Shown here: positions 40,153 through 56,424 of the stretch, piece by piece
How positions within the stretch are numbered: the stretch's first letter is position 1
How the letters are laid out: each line of letters opens with the position of its first letter
Source of the DNA: Ostrea edulis
Taxonomy: Eukaryota
Direction of reading: 5' to 3'
DNA: 64,000 bases
NCBI RefSeq assembly: GCF_947568905.1
Contig: NC_079167.1
Coordinates: 44,764,001 to 44,828,000, forward strand
Notes under the pieces: generated by a model
The model's input: the letters and a program-made list of their open reading frames with translations, nothing else
The model's database searches: none
What the model was told of the DNA's origin: nothing
Translations under genes and position numbers: made by a program

Positions 40153-41149
40153 TATATATATATTATGTATCTACTGTGGAAAGTATCTAATCACTCTTAC
40201 GATAACCTCGTAGCATAGCACTTACATAATAATTGGAAGAAAATAAAACAAACAAACCAAAAAAAAAAAAAAAAAAAAAATTGAAAAGAAACCCACAACA
40301 ACAACAAACATAAAAAAGAAACAAAAGCAAAGTAAACAAACAAACAACCAGTTTAATTACACTTCATTTAAAATCAAAACATCAAGATTGGTCATAATTT
40401 GTACATTTCATCTGTGTAATTTTTATTGAATACAGGCATTATTTATAAAAAGTATGTGTAAACAAGGATTAACGTTTTTCTTTTAAATCATAAATCAAAG
40501 CAAATATCTTATGTTGTGTTGTATATATTTCTATAGTAAAGTAAATAGACCAGGATTTTCTTTTTTTTTTTAGGCGTGTGCTTGTGTTCTTAATATTGTG
40601 TAAGCCCATTCCAAACCGTTCTACGCAATCGTTAATGTCTACCGCTCGCTTTTGATACCCGATGTGTACGACCCCCGGATGTTTTTCAAAAATTCTGACC
40701 GACATGATGTTTTCTACAGCAAAAGGAAAACGAGTGTGCCTTCTTTCAAGCTTCGAAAGGAAATCAAGCAACAATGATATTTGTTATCGGCCACTGGAAA
40801 AAAATTACCCAATTTTAATGAATGAATGGACTTGCAAATCGCCGGTTGAGGTGTCTATATTTCTGGATTTTGACTGCTGTAGTTTGGCAAAGCCCAATAT
40901 GTAAGTAAATAGAATGACAGGGGGAAATGTAGACCAGGGGGTTCCGATAACATATCCGGCGGATATTCCATTGTTGAAGCGCAACTCGAATGCAAAGACT
41001 AACATCAAAGCACATCTAAACAACACAATACACATACCGATCGACTCGAACAGATTGGATGTTTTCAAGGAGGTCCGCGCTTGATGTAAACAAAACAGAT
41101 TGTGCGTTCCGATCGACTATTATTTACCGTTCTCGCATCGTTCGAAAAC

Positions 41150-41719
41150 ATGGCAGACACCGCAGCTCCCGCGAAAAAGAAGGTTTCCAAGCCCAAAGTG
41201 CCCGCAGCGCACCCAAAATACATCGACATGATCAAGGCTGCCCTCGGGTCACTGAAAGAGCGTGGTGGATCTTCTAGACAAGCCATTCTTAAGCACCTGA
41301 TGGCCAATTATAAAGTGGGCAATGACGTCAACTCCATCAATGCTCACCTCAAAATGGCCCTTAAGAATGGAGTCAAAAAGGGTGCGTTGAAGCAAGCCAA
41401 GGGTAAAGGTGCCAGCGGCTCCTTCAAGCTTGGAGATAAGCCCAAGGCTGAGCAGAAGCCTAAAGCCAAGAAAGTAGCCAAACCAAAGGCTGCCAAACCT
41501 AAGAAGGCTGCTGCTGCTGCCAAGCCCAAGAAGGCGGCCGTAGAGAAAAAAGTGAAGAAGACGCCAAAGAAACCAGCCGCACCCAAGAAGGCCAAGACTC
41601 CCAAGAAGAAGGCGGCAGCCAAGAAGCCCGCAGCCAAGGCCCCCAAGAAGGCCAAGAGCCCCAAGAAGCCCGCCGCCAAAAAATCCAAGACCCCCAAGAA
41701 GGCCGCCGCCAAGAAATAA
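41150..41719 (+). CDS. H1: Linker histone H1
   Basis: Protein identical to unit 1. Confidence 0.98.
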   Translation: MADTAAPAKKKVSKPKVPAAHPKYIDMIKAALGSLKERGGSSRQAILKHLMANYKVGNDVNSINAHLKMALKNGVKKGALKQAKGKGASGSFKLGDKPKAEQKPKAKKVAKPKAAKPKKAAAAAKPKKAAVEKKVKKTPKKPAAPKKAKTPKKKAAAKKPAAKAPKKAKSPKKPAAKKSKTPKKAAAKK

Positions 41720-43010
41720 GCAGTCTTTGCAATATTCCTGCACAGAGTGTTTACTCACAAAACAAAAGCCCTTTTTAGGGCTACCAACATTTTTAGAAAA
41801 GATGCCGTTCTTACACGTGTGAGAGAAATGCGTTTCTACGTCATTTAAGTGAATACTGATTCAAGCTGTTTTAACGTTTTCATACTTTGATTTACTTGTC
41901 CTGCATGTCATTCAGTTAAAAGAGGGGGGGGGGGGGGGAGGGAGGAAACTAACCCACGCTTTTACAAACAACATGACATTTTTTTATCTGATTTATTACC
42001 TCTCCCTTCCTAAAGCTGTAGGGTAAGAAATAAGATGGAGACCGGTGAATTATGACAACATATAGTACAGTACCTGCATCATTTAGTCCTCATTCGTTTG
42101 AGTAAAGCTAGCTGAATTGAAACATTTCTTATACATCCAATGGCTTGATTGTTTTCATTCGGTTTATTGTCCGATAAGAAAACAAAAATTAAAAGTATCA
42201 TCCGTGGACTTTTATTTCAGTACTTGATTTGTATACAGTCCAGGTTTGGCAGGACTACACATAATTCACTCTCATAATGCAATGTTTCATGTGTGTAACA
42301 ATGTTTTCAGACTTTAGTCAACGAGAAATGTCTGATCGGTGTCTAAAAGTGAAAGAATGGGGTTCTTTCTTTGTTAGGAACAGAGTGACGATAAGAGTAA
42401 GTTGTAATTCTCGCACGTCTAATTTAGCCTTCAAAATGAAATAAGGATTTACACATTTTAAACAGTTCTCCGTTGTCCAGAGACTCGCTCACTTCATGTG
42501 TACATGAACTTCATAGCCTCAATGTTGTTCAAGATTTATATATAGGAGTGATTTTTGTTTGGATGTAACAGTAGTCTAGGATTCTGGAATGATTTGGGGT
42601 CTTGAAATTCACAAAGCTGTCCGAAAAAGTCATTAGTCACAACTAACTAGTACTGTCTAATAACATCAAATCATATACCAATGATGTTAGTCACAACTAT
42701 TATTAAGTGAAAAGAAACAAAAATTTAACGACTTTTTTTTATTGGGTGTTTCTTGAATTCCAAGAATTATGATTATTCTAGTAAGAATGCAATGTCATAT
42801 ATCATCTCTATCCAAATATATTTGAGGTCTGCTTTTGTCAAATAACTATTTTGCAACCTCTTTGTTAAATGTTCAGGTTACAAATTTGATAATCATTGGT
42901 TTAAACTATATTTATATGTATCGGTGCAAAATATACAAACAGGTGAGAAAGGAAGACTTTAAAACAAAATTCTATGTACGAATGAATGTATGTATGTACA
43001 TACGTACGCA

Positions 43011-43149
43011 TACATGTACTAAGAACTTTGGGAATCTGGGATATTTCAATTGCATATGATAAATATACAAAATTTAGTATTAATATGGAATTATGTATAT
43101 TTATGTGCTATTGAAATATCCCAGATTCCCAAAGTTCTTAGTACATGTA
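43011..43149. mobile_element. 139-bp foldback, unit 4 copy
   Basis: Same arms. Confidence 0.65.
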
Positions 43150-43867
43150 CATATTTTAAAATACTTATGGTAGAAGACTGCCAGTCTGATCGACTGGGCA
43201 CAAGCACTGTCCCTTGGTACCTAGCTCTGCATTCAGGACAGCATTTTATACTGTTTCACTTTTACTTCCCACATTGCATCCTTGTTGTGCTGTGCATTTT
43301 CATTCTATGTTGTTATGAGCCAATATTTCAGATCAATGTTAATATAGAAATCCTTTACATATCTACATGTACGTGTGTATACAATCATGTATGTGTATAT
43401 ATGTGTTTATGTATACATGTATATGTACGGTGTGTGTATCTATAAGTATATGGTATCATGTGTTTACAATGAATATGATAAAATTGTGTATGCTCACTGA
43501 GGGTCCTTAACTGGTGAATAAATAAATAAATGTATCTCCTTTTAAATGTTTTTAACATTTACTTGTCTGTCCATACTTTTGTATCCACAAATAATGTTTA
43601 CAATTGTACCCTGAAATCCCTTGTAACACCCCATCCCCTTCATTGTTTTTTTGGTTTTAATTTTTACAAGTTTATGAATTCTGAGCAAAATGTGGATTGA
43701 AATGTCCCAAGTCAAGACCAATCAACGCTGCATACCAGCGGCTAATCGCAGAGTGTCTTTCTGAACCGCTTAACCAATGACAAGTGTCGTAAGATATGAG
43801 AGCGCCGATTTCGATTTGCTTATAAACTCTAGTGTTTCCGATCGGGCACTTTATTCTATCCGAATAA

Positions 43868-44287
<420 letters not shown>

Positions 44288-45793
44288 TTTCACTCGTGTG
44301 ACACTCAAACAAACGGCCGTTTTCACGGCCACCTAATTCTTTCGAAAAGATGCCTTCATATTGCTCTTGATCAAGAAACTTGTCGTGAATAAAGTATGAC
44401 TGAATGACATGCATAACCCTACATCCACAAACTACTTGACCCAAGTCTGGTAAATTTCTGTAAAATAAGAAAAGTTTTAACGCAACTTCAGTAATGAAAC
44501 TAAATGCTGCGAATGTGAACACGTACAGCTATACTGTCAAAACAGTAGTATACATTGCAGAGCATCAATTGTACACATGACAACAAATGCACATTGAAAA
44601 TCCTTGTCAGCAGGAAAGTACACAACAAACTAGACAAACCTAGAGAATAGCTGTATAGAACGTACTAAGAACGCATACATAGAGAAATCGGTAGTCTGTA
44701 GTACACACTAAAACAACCTACCTAATTCTAGAAGGGTCAGATACTACGGTATTTCATTCAACCAACTCTGGGCTTTTGAGGGCATGTAAAGCATGCATTA
44801 ATAAGAGAAATTAAGGGGTTCAAATAATAGCTAGCATCAATAGCGCACGGAGAAATTCTATAACAACAACAACAAAATATATAAATAAAAACCCAGATGT
44901 AGAAATATGTAGACGTTAGGGGGGTCATGATTATTTTGAGAGGTCAATGAAATCTTCACTTCGTATTACATTCTTGCGTATATAATGACAGAACATCGTA
45001 TATTTCATTATGTTAATTCAAATCTTGTCTGAAATCAGTATTACACGTGTAACACCGTGTTAAATGTGTGCAGTGCAGAAATGTGAACTCTGACAGTAAT
45101 AATATATCGCCATGATTGTTATTTATTTATATTGTTGTAATTAATTACTAGTTAATCTGTACACCCCCACCCCCTTGAGGGCCCTTAATTGATGAATTAA
45201 CATATGTCATAACATTTTATATCAGGAGACCATACATACAATCTAACAAAGGGCTTGAATTTCTTTTTCAACTTGCACAGATATATTTCTTATTTTCAAC
45301 ATGTTGAGTAGAAATTTGCTTAGCTTGATTAATAATGGATTATCTTTATTATTTACCTTTTCTCTCCCTTTTTTGTTGTTGTTTTTTGGATATAGTATAG
45401 TAGACTTTCACAGTTGTGAGCCATGTTTTCATATTAATTACCCTAATAAAAAAAATGCTATTATTGTGTGTTAATTAAAAGGAAAACAAAACGATGATTT
45501 AAAAAAAACAGAACAGAAACTAAGCTAGGAAATCTCAAATGTGTGCGCAGATTAAATATTATATTCCTATCAAAATAAATAAATACTTGTATACTGTGCA
45601 AAAGAAATGTAAACAAACACAGGTAGGCGCGTTTAGCGAGAACCAATCACGATGTAGTTAACAGCGCTTCTTCGGACACGACAATCGACTAGCCGAAGTT
45701 TCAAGGTATAATGCGCTCTAACGGGTCGTCAATTAGGGCTATATAAACCAGCAATTTCTCAATTTGTCAGGTCATTCAGCACTTGTCTATTGA

Positions 45794-46114
<321 letters not shown>

Positions 46115-47960
46115 ATACTCTTATCACCGTTTGTGCATCCCAGCGCAAAAACAAAACGGCCGTTATAACGGCCACCAAATTCTTTGAAAAGACGCCTCTA
46201 TGAAACGTTATCAAGAGAAACGGTTACCCTGTATTGTACTTTTAGTTAACAAATTGGCATACAACTTGTTACGAAAAGGTATGCAGTTTGTGGTTAACAT
46301 GTTTCATTTGCAGTTAAGAGATTTCAATTTGATACTTGGATTTCTTTTCATATCAAGTAAATAGTCGGACTACACCACAACTTTGTAGGTTTATGTTCAC
46401 AAACAACCAATTGATACCCAAGATCATTATTGAGCAGAAAGGCTGACCATGCAAATCCTATACTCCCAATAAATTTACATTGTGAGCATTGTAATATATA
46501 TCTCGCACACATTTATCTAGATGGATTGTTTATTTATCACACAATAACATAAATGATTTGGACACTTTACACATATGAAGGAGACAAAACGAAGACTTAA
46601 AAAAGCAGCTGATAATTGTGATAACCCCCGTATTACAAAATATCCCACGTGACTGTATACAAAGTACTAATTAGTACTATAGATATTTTAAAATGCATAC
46701 CATGTAGGCACATGTTAAATTAAATTGATTATATTGTTATTGCTTCTTGTCGTCACAAATGTCCTACAAACATGTTTTTCTTTTTTCTTCTTCTTTTATA
46801 CAAACTCGTTTATTGCTAGGAATGCTGAAATAGCAAACTCAAGACTTTCTATTTGGCAGATTCCTCTGTGGAAGGCAAAGTAAATGTAATATATGTTTTC
46901 ATCTTAATTAACATCATTACATGGGTATCTAGTTTACCATTTGGTGACAGTTGACTTTCGTAACATATGCATTTACTAATTCTGTACATTGTAACTGGAA
47001 AGTACTTGCAAACCGTGAGATATTGATGCGTGGCACACCTACACAATATAAACCAATACACAATATGCAGTCGCATGAAAGATGTTGTACAAACTTTTTT
47101 TTTCCAAGATTGGATTCATAAAGAGACTTATCATTATCAATTCACCTATTAAGGGCCTGTTGGGGGGGACATGTGCATTTTTAAAATATAATCTTACACA
47201 TGCGATTCAACATTTCATATAATAATATTGTGTGTATCTGTTTATTCTACATGTTTCTGTTTTCTATCCTTTAAATAGCATTGTGTGTTGCCTCTTGTTG
47301 ATGTATCAGGCATATTATATATTGCACTAGGGAAAACACACATGCATCAACTGAGTACTGATCAATGCCTACATGCGAAACTTAAAATGCCTCCAATGAG
47401 TGTATTACTCTTTACTGTGTATTGTCTTTACTTGTATCAACAATTATATACTTTTAATTACATGTTTATGCTCATTTATTAGCTGTCATTTGGGTGTTGG
47501 GTGCTGCAAAACTGATTTACTATTTCAATGACAGAAAATAATAAGACTTAGAAACTTTTTTGTTAATATCAATATTTCTCTATAATGCTATATATTCAAC
47601 AGAGCCAAAATGTTTATTTTGATAACATCTTCCATCTTAGTTTCAATTTTATCAATGACTGGTTAAAGTTACAAACAAAGCTATCATAATAAGTGATGAA
47701 ATGTATGCAGTTGAAAATGAACACAATGAGATATACATTTGTTTGTTTGATTGTGTATTCTGAATGGCTCGTCTTGAATTCTATTTCAATATAGTACAGT
47801 GTGTAACACACATAGTACACTTGTGTATGCATATTTTGTAGATATGCAATGTCAACCAATAAACGTTTCTCAATGCATTGTTATAAAAGGCATCTTTTCG
47901 AAAAATTTGTGTGGCCCTGAAAAGGGCCGTTTGAGTTTGAGGTTCAAGTCCTTGCTCAGT

Positions 47961-48332
47961 TTACTTGCTGCTGGTGTACTTGGTGACAGCCTTGGTACCC
48001 TCAGAGACGGCGTGCTTGGCCAATTCACCGGGCAAGAGAAGTCGGACAGCGGTCTGGATTTCTCTGCTGGTGATGGTTGAGCGTTTGTTGTAGTGGGCCA
48101 GGCGGGAAGCTTCAGCGGCGATTCTCTCGAAAATGTCATTGACAAACGAGTTCATGATGCTCATAGCTTTGCTGGAAACGCCAGTGTCTGGGTGGACCTG
48201 CTTCAGGACTTTGTAAATGTAGATGGCATAGGATTCCCTCCTCTTCCTGCGCTTCTTCTTGTCCCCAGTTCTCTGGGCCTTCGCCTTAGTGGCGGCTTTC
48301 TTAGCTCCTTTCGATCCGGCTTTAGGTGGCAT
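47961..48332 (-). CDS. H2B: Histone H2B
   Basis: Protein identical to unit 1. Confidence 0.98.
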   Translation of the reverse strand: MPPKAGSKGAKKAATKAKAQRTGDKKKRRKRRESYAIYIYKVLKQVHPDTGVSSKAMSIMNSFVNDIFERIAAEASRLAHYNKRSTITSREIQTAVRLLLPGELAKHAVSEGTKAVTKYTSSK

Positions 48333-48579
48333 GTTTACTAGTAAACTATGTGTGGAACAAATGGCCGCGCTGCTATTTATATTACACGGTCGGATAACGG
48401 CGGATAAGCGTATTACGGACCTCCTTGTAAACATTAATTCGTTCGGTGTTGCGCCAAGGTACGAGAAACATGATGGCCACGATTGGCTGGCAGTTGAATC
48501 CGACTGCGTGTTTAAAAGGGTTGATGTATTGCGTGCGAGGGTTATTCGTTGCTTTGATTTCGTCAGCGCACCGTATTGA

Positions 48580-48966
<387 letters not shown>

Positions 48967-49694
48967 AAAGTACAAAGTCTGCTTGCAGGACCTATAACAA
49001 ACGGCCGTTTTCACGGCCACCAACCTTTTTTGAAAAGACACCTCTATAAGCATCGAAATGTCAAGAATGACAGTCTAATCTTACATTCAATGCTCACTGA
49101 GAAATGGGGATGACAATATTTGCAGTAATTCATACATTTCAAGGCGCAAAATAAATGAATGCACGGCATGGGTTGCTATGTATTTGTTTGGGTTGTAATC
49201 GATAAGTAAGATTTACAAGAGAGAAGACATAAAAAAGCGCTATATAAATTGTCCTCACTCCTTTGGACTTCATTGAGAAATCATGGAAATACCAAAATGA
49301 AATGAGTTTTTATTTGCATTCTTTTTGTTTTTCTCAACCAGCTCTGTAGTTTGTCAATGGAAGAGTAAAACAAGGGTGCCAAAACTTTTGAAATACAGGG
49401 CGAGTGATCGTATAATCTTCACGTGGTCATTCTTGCTTTTAATTTACATAGACGAAAAGCCACAAAGGAAATGATTTTGTACCAGTATGAATGTGAGAAA
49501 TAGAGGTAGACATGGAGCTATCTGACATTAGATAGGGTGATCATGATGTGATGGGGCAATAAAAAAAAAAAATGGAAAGAGAACAAAATCTTTGGAGACG
49601 ACATAGACGATCGCGATCCTGGTACATGGATTGTAAATATATCCGCAAACAAAATATCACTATCTTGGCCGAATTGTTTTATCTCCGAAATATA

Positions 49695-50403
49695 CTCAAT
49701 TTATTTATGGATTCACCAATCATGTTACACAATATGAGATATATAATGACAACAAACTAAATACTAACAGTTCATTTACATGTATATGTAAATACAAGTA
49801 TATATTTGACATGTACCTGTGATATTACACTGCATGTATATGCAATGTAGTATTGCATATCAACATAAATTAAATGTAGTTATAGCACTTTACTTTGGGT
49901 GCGCAATTCAAAACATTCATGTAAAAATTCACACAATCTTCTGACATGAACGACATTGACAGGGTTGCATAGTACTTTACAATGGTTTTCCTTTGATATA
50001 TCATCATCTGAATTGTAGATGTTCAAAGGGTAATATTTCTTTCTTATATCTTTATACATGAAGCAGTCATATAAAAAAGAAAAGAAAAGTGTTTTTAAAA
50101 AAATACTGTAGTTTATCGCAAAATGACGACTTTACTTATAAGCATGAGGAATTTATTTTTGGTTCATATAAATACTAAACATTTGTTGAAAATTTTCTGA
50201 ATACATTCGATCCATGGGTTTTCGAACCCTTTTCCTCCGCAAATGGTATGCTCAAATATATATATCGTATTTATTTTAAACCTTGACGTATGCAGGAAAA
50301 CGCCCTCCGTATAAACCGACAACTTTTTAATTCTTGAAAAACGATTTTCAATTTCGGTGATTAATTTCACATGAACACGTTCGACTGAGTCTAGAAATTT
50401 CAC
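49695..50403 (-). mobile_element. RTEX-like LINE relic, unit 5 copy
   Basis: Same sequence as 1150-1858. Confidence 0.65.
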
Positions 50404-50449
50404 ACTGGGTGTGACTGCATCCCGATTACTTTGTCCAACAAGTCAAACG

Positions 50450-51225
50450 GGTATACATGAAATGGTCTTACTCGACTTCTTTCTTTCGTTAGAAAATCAG
50501 ATTCCCTCTCATTAAATAACACTCATTCGTAGACGAAAACGAGCCTACATACTATTGCAAAAAGAACTATTGATCCTGGCAAATGATCGAACTTTAAGAA
50601 CATTAGAAATCATTGTATTGGCACCGTCCAAACGCAACGGACAGATACTACACACACGACTGTAATTAGTACTCTTAAATCCCACCTATTCGCGAAACGC
50701 ATACATGTGATAGATAATCCATATTGTGCCTGTGGAAAAATCGAAACAACAACACACTTTTTACTTGAATAAATTTATTGATCCATTAAGACCAATAACT
50801 GTAAATATCCTTGTACATGGAGACTTTACTAAAAAAAAATTCCTATATTAAAAATAGTTTCATTATATACATGTGCATCATCCAAAAGATATGTAGCTTA
50901 ATCTCGTCGACTTCCGCTTTTATGCATGTGTAGAGTGGTGGAATTTCTTGTTTGGAAGTTATTGTATATCCATTTCTGATGAACTTAGGTCATAACATCT
51001 CTTCCAATAATGATCTATTTACTTGTTGGATTTTTTTCTTTCATTTTTCTTTACTTCCTCGTTGTCATTTTTTGTCATGTGCAACGGGCAAATGCACACT
51101 TACCATTCAAAGTTCAAACGGATTAATATAAGTGCCTATACAACTTGATTCCGAATCCTGTGTGCATATAACGTATTGTGTATATACATATATTGATTTA
51201 TTCAAATGAAATAAAGTTTAAACTA
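50450..51225 (+). mobile_element. CR1/L2-like LINE relic, unit 5 copy
   Basis: Same sequence as 1905-2680. Confidence 0.75.
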
Positions 51226-51578
51226 ATTTTTTTTTTTTTATCACCCCATACGTACGTTTTATCGCCTGCTTATAGGATAAACCTGATTTTTAAGATTGTT
51301 TTAATTTGAAACCTCTTTGTTTTATCGAAACCTTTTAAACAAACAGAGCTATTACTATTTAACAGAAAAGTATAGGCAAATCGTAAGCATGTCCTGAAAC
51401 CTTTCCCGAGTTTGGATCATGTGTCACCTTCTGAAACTTCAATTGATAATATAGCACCTAAATTTATCATTTCTTTTACATTTTTGATGGTATGTGCGTA
51501 TTGTGTACAGCTCAATATAAGTGAATTGATCCCTACTCACAAAGTAGCGTAAAAGTGGCTCTATATATCATATATATA

Positions 51579-52288
51579 CAGTGTGCGAAATTAACCATGG
51601 ACCGATAGGCAATGTCTATAGAAAATCGAGTCGGTCTATAACAATCAAAATAGCTATAGACCAACTTGTCTATAGGAATTCTGAGTAAATAACTGGTTCT
51701 CTGTTGCTTATTTAACATATATATGAGAAGCGGGGCCAGTTTATATGTAGTACGCCAATGTTTCTGTTTACCCCTTAGCTGTAATAAAATGTTCCCCAAT
51801 GTAATTACAAATCATTCGAATCAGATTATTCAATTTGATATTTACTTCAATGCACGCCATTTTCGTGCAAATTCGCAATGTCCTTTTTGATGGTTTTAAA
51901 AATACGTGAAAGATGCACGCACTTGAGTCAAACGGAAAGCGGTCAGTACAAGTTCCAGCAAGGCCAAAGTCGCAGAAAATCATGAGAAAACGAAACGTAG
52001 TAGAAGTACGTGACTTGGATGAAGAATCAGATAGTGAAACTGAGCTGGAACAAAATGAAAAAGAAAACGAAATTCTAATTGAAAAGCTTGCCGTGCATGC
52101 AATTGAAAAAGAATATAATTATACTATGAACAAATTGCCAAACCGAATTTGTGTCAATTATTTATTTTTTAATAACAATGAATAATGCATGTTAAATTTT
52201 GGTCTATAGGAATTTGTTGTGGTCTATAGGAAATAAAATGACTATGGACCGAAAGTTTATAGGACTTTAAAGTTAGTTTCGCACACTG
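51579..52288. mobile_element. 710-bp TIR element, unit 5 copy
   Basis: Same TIRs and interior. Confidence 0.85.
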
Positions 52289-53285
52289 TATATATATATT
52301 ATGTATCTACTGTGGAAAGTATCTAATCACTCTTACGATAACCTCGTAGCATAGCACTTACATAATAATTGGAAGAAAATAAAACAAACAAACCAAAAAA
52401 AAAAAAAAAAAAAAAATTGAAAAGAAACCCACAACAACAACAAACATAAAAAAGAAACAAAAGCAAAGTAAACAAACAAACAACCAGTTTAATTACACTT
52501 CATTTAAAATCAAAACATCAAGATTGGTCATAATTTGTACATTTCATCTGTGTAATTTTTATTGAATACAGGCATTATTTATAAAAAGTATGTGTAAACA
52601 AGGATTAACGTTTTTCTTTTAAATCATAAATCAAAGCAAATATCTTATGTTGTGTTGTATATATTTCTATAGTAAAGTAAATAGACCAGGATTTTCTTTT
52701 TTTTTTTAGGCGTGTGCTTGTGTTCTTAATATTGTGTAAGCCCATTCCAAACCGTTCTACGCAATCGTTAATGTCTACCGCTCGCTTTTGATACCCGATG
52801 TGTACGACCCCCGGATGTTTTTCAAAAATTCTGACCGACATGATGTTTTCTACAGCAAAAGGAAAACGAGTGTGCCTTCTTTCAAGCTTCGAAAGGAAAT
52901 CAAGCAACAATGATATTTGTTATCGGCCACTGGAAAAAAATTACCCAATTTTAATGAATGAATGGACTTGCAAATCGCCGGTTGAGGTGTCTATATTTCT
53001 GGATTTTGACTGCTGTAGTTTGGCAAAGCCCAATATGTAAGTAAATAGAATGACAGGGGGAAATGTAGACCAGGGGGTTCCGATAACATATCCGGCGGAT
53101 ATTCCATTGTTGAAGCGCAACTCGAATGCAAAGACTAACATCAAAGCACATCTAAACAACACAATACACATACCGATCGACTCGAACAGATTGGATGTTT
53201 TCAAGGAGGTCCGCGCTTGATGTAAACAAAACAGATTGTGCGTTCCGATCGACTATTATTTACCGTTCTCGCATCGTTCGAAAAC

Positions 53286-53855
53286 ATGGCAGACACCGCA
53301 GCTCCCGCGAAAAAGAAGGTTTCCAAGCCCAAAGTGCCCGCAGCGCACCCAAAATACATCGACATGATCAAGGCTGCCCTCGGGTCACTGAAAGAGCGTG
53401 GTGGATCTTCTAGACAAGCCATTCTTAAGCACCTGATGGCCAATTATAAAGTGGGCAATGACGTCAACTCCATCAATGCTCACCTCAAAATGGCCCTTAA
53501 GAATGGAGTCAAAAAGGGTGCGTTGAAGCAAGCCAAGGGTAAAGGTGCCAGCGGCTCCTTCAAGCTTGGAGATAAGCCCAAGGCTGAGCAGAAGCCTAAA
53601 GCCAAGAAAGTAGCCAAACCAAAGGCTGCCAAACCTAAGAAGGCTGCTGCTGCTGCCAAGCCCAAGAAGGCGGCCGTAGAGAAAAAAGTGAAGAAGACGC
53701 CAAAGAAACCAGCCGCACCCAAGAAGGCCAAGACTCCCAAGAAGAAGGCGGCAGCCAAGAAGCCCGCAGCCAAGGCCCCCAAGAAGGCCAAGAGCCCCAA
53801 GAAGCCCGCCGCCAAAAAATCCAAGACCCCCAAGAAGGCCGCCGCCAAGAAATAA
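53286..53855 (+). CDS. H1: Linker histone H1
   Basis: Protein identical to unit 1. Confidence 0.98.
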   Translation: MADTAAPAKKKVSKPKVPAAHPKYIDMIKAALGSLKERGGSSRQAILKHLMANYKVGNDVNSINAHLKMALKNGVKKGALKQAKGKGASGSFKLGDKPKAEQKPKAKKVAKPKAAKPKKAAAAAKPKKAAVEKKVKKTPKKPAAPKKAKTPKKKAAAKKPAAKAPKKAKSPKKPAAKKSKTPKKAAAKK

Positions 53856-55147
53856 GCAGTCTTTGCAATATTCCTGCACAGAGTGTTTACTCACAAAACA
53901 AAAGCCCTTTTTAGGGCTACCAACATTTTTAGAAAAGATGCCGTTCTTACACGTGTGAGAGAAATGCGTTTCTACGTCATTTAAGTGAATACTGATTCAA
54001 GCTGTTTTAACGTTTTCATACTTTGATTTACTTGTCCTGCATGTCATTCAGTTAAAAGAGGGGGGGGGGGGGGGGAGGGAGGAAACTAACCCACGCTTTT
54101 ACAAACAACATGACATTTTTTTATCTGATTTATTACCTCTCCCTTCCTAAAGCTGTAGGGTAAGAAATAAGATGGAGACCGGTGAATTATGACAACATAT
54201 AGTACAGTACCTGCATCATTTAGTCCTCATTCGTTTGAGTAAAGCTAGCTGAATTGAAACATTTCTTATACATCCAATGGCTTGATTGTTTTCATTCGGT
54301 TTATTGTCCGATAAGAAAACAAAAATTAAAAGTATCATCCGTGGACTTTTATTTCAGTACTTGATTTGTATACAGTCCAGGTTTGGCAGGACTACACATA
54401 ATTCACTCTCATAATGCAATGTTTCATGTGTGTAACAATGTTTTCAGACTTTAGTCAACGAGAAATGTCTGATCGGTGTCTAAAAGTGAAAGAATGGGGT
54501 TCTTTCTTTGTTAGGAACAGAGTGACGATAAGAGTAAGTTGTAATTCTCGCACGTCTAATTTAGCCTTCAAAATGAAATAAGGATTTACACATTTTAAAC
54601 AGTTCTCCGTTGTCCAGAGACTCGCTCACTTCATGTGTACATGAACTTCATAGCCTCAATGTTGTTCAAGATTTATATATAGGAGTGATTTTTGTTTGGA
54701 TGTAACAGTAGTCTAGGATTCTGGAATGATTTGGGGTCTTGAAATTCACAAAGCTGTCCGAAAAAGTCATTAGTCACAACTAACTAGTACTGTCTAATAA
54801 CATCAAATCATATACCAATGATGTTAGTCACAACTATTATTAAGTGAAAAGAAACAAAAATTGAACGACTTTTTTTTATTGGGTGTTTCTTGAATTCCAA
54901 GAATTATGATTATTCTAGTAAGAATGCAATGTCATATATCATCTCTATCCAAATATATTTGAGGTCTGCTTTTGTCAAATAACTATTTTGCAACCTCTTT
55001 GTTAAATGTTCAGGTTACAAATTTGATAATCATTGGTTTAAACTATATTTATATGTATCGGTGCAAAATATACAAACAGGTGAGAAAGGAAGACTTTAAA
55101 ACAAAATTCTATGTACGAATGAATGTATGTATGTACATACGTACGCA

Positions 55148-55286
55148 TACATGTACTAAGAACTTTGGGAATCTGGGATATTTCAATTGCATATGATAAA
55201 TATACAAAATTTAGTATTAATATGGAATTATGTATATTTATGTGCTATTGAAATATCCCAGATTCCCAAAGTTCTTAGTACATGTA
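55148..55286. mobile_element. 139-bp foldback, unit 5 copy
   Basis: Same arms. Confidence 0.65.
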
Positions 55287-56004
55287 CATATTTTAAAATA
55301 CTTATGGTAGAAGACTGCCAGTCTGATCGACTGGGCACAAGCACTGTCCCTTGGTACCTAGCTCTGCATTCAGGACAGCATTTTATACTGTTTCACTTTT
55401 ACTTCCCACATTGCATCCTTGTTGTGCTGTGCATTTTCATTCTATGTTGTTATGAGCCAATATTTCAGATCAATGTTAATATAGAAATCCTTTACATATC
55501 TACATGTACGTGTGTATACAATCATGTATGTGTATATATGTGTTTATGTATACATGTATATGTACGGTGTGTGTATCTATAAGTATATGGTATCATGTGT
55601 TTACAATGAATATGATAAAATTGTGTATGCTCACTGAGGGTCCTTAACTGGTGAATAAATAAATAAATGTATCTCCTTTTAAATGTTTTTAACATTTACT
55701 TGTCTGTCCATACTTTTGTATCCACAAATAATGTTTACAATTGTACCCTGAAATCCCTTGTAACACCCCATCCCCTTCATTGTTTTTTTGGTTTTAATTT
55801 TTACAAGTTTATGAATTCTGAGCAAAATGTGGATTGAAATGTCCCAAGTCAAGACCAATCAACGCTGCATACCAGCGGCTAATCGCAGAGTGTCTTTCTG
55901 AACCGCTTAACCAATGACAAGTGTCGTAAGATATGAGAGCGCCGATTTCGATTTGCTTATAAACTCTAGTGTTTCCGATCGGGCACTTTATTCTATCCGA
56001 ATAA

Positions 56005-56424
<420 letters not shown>
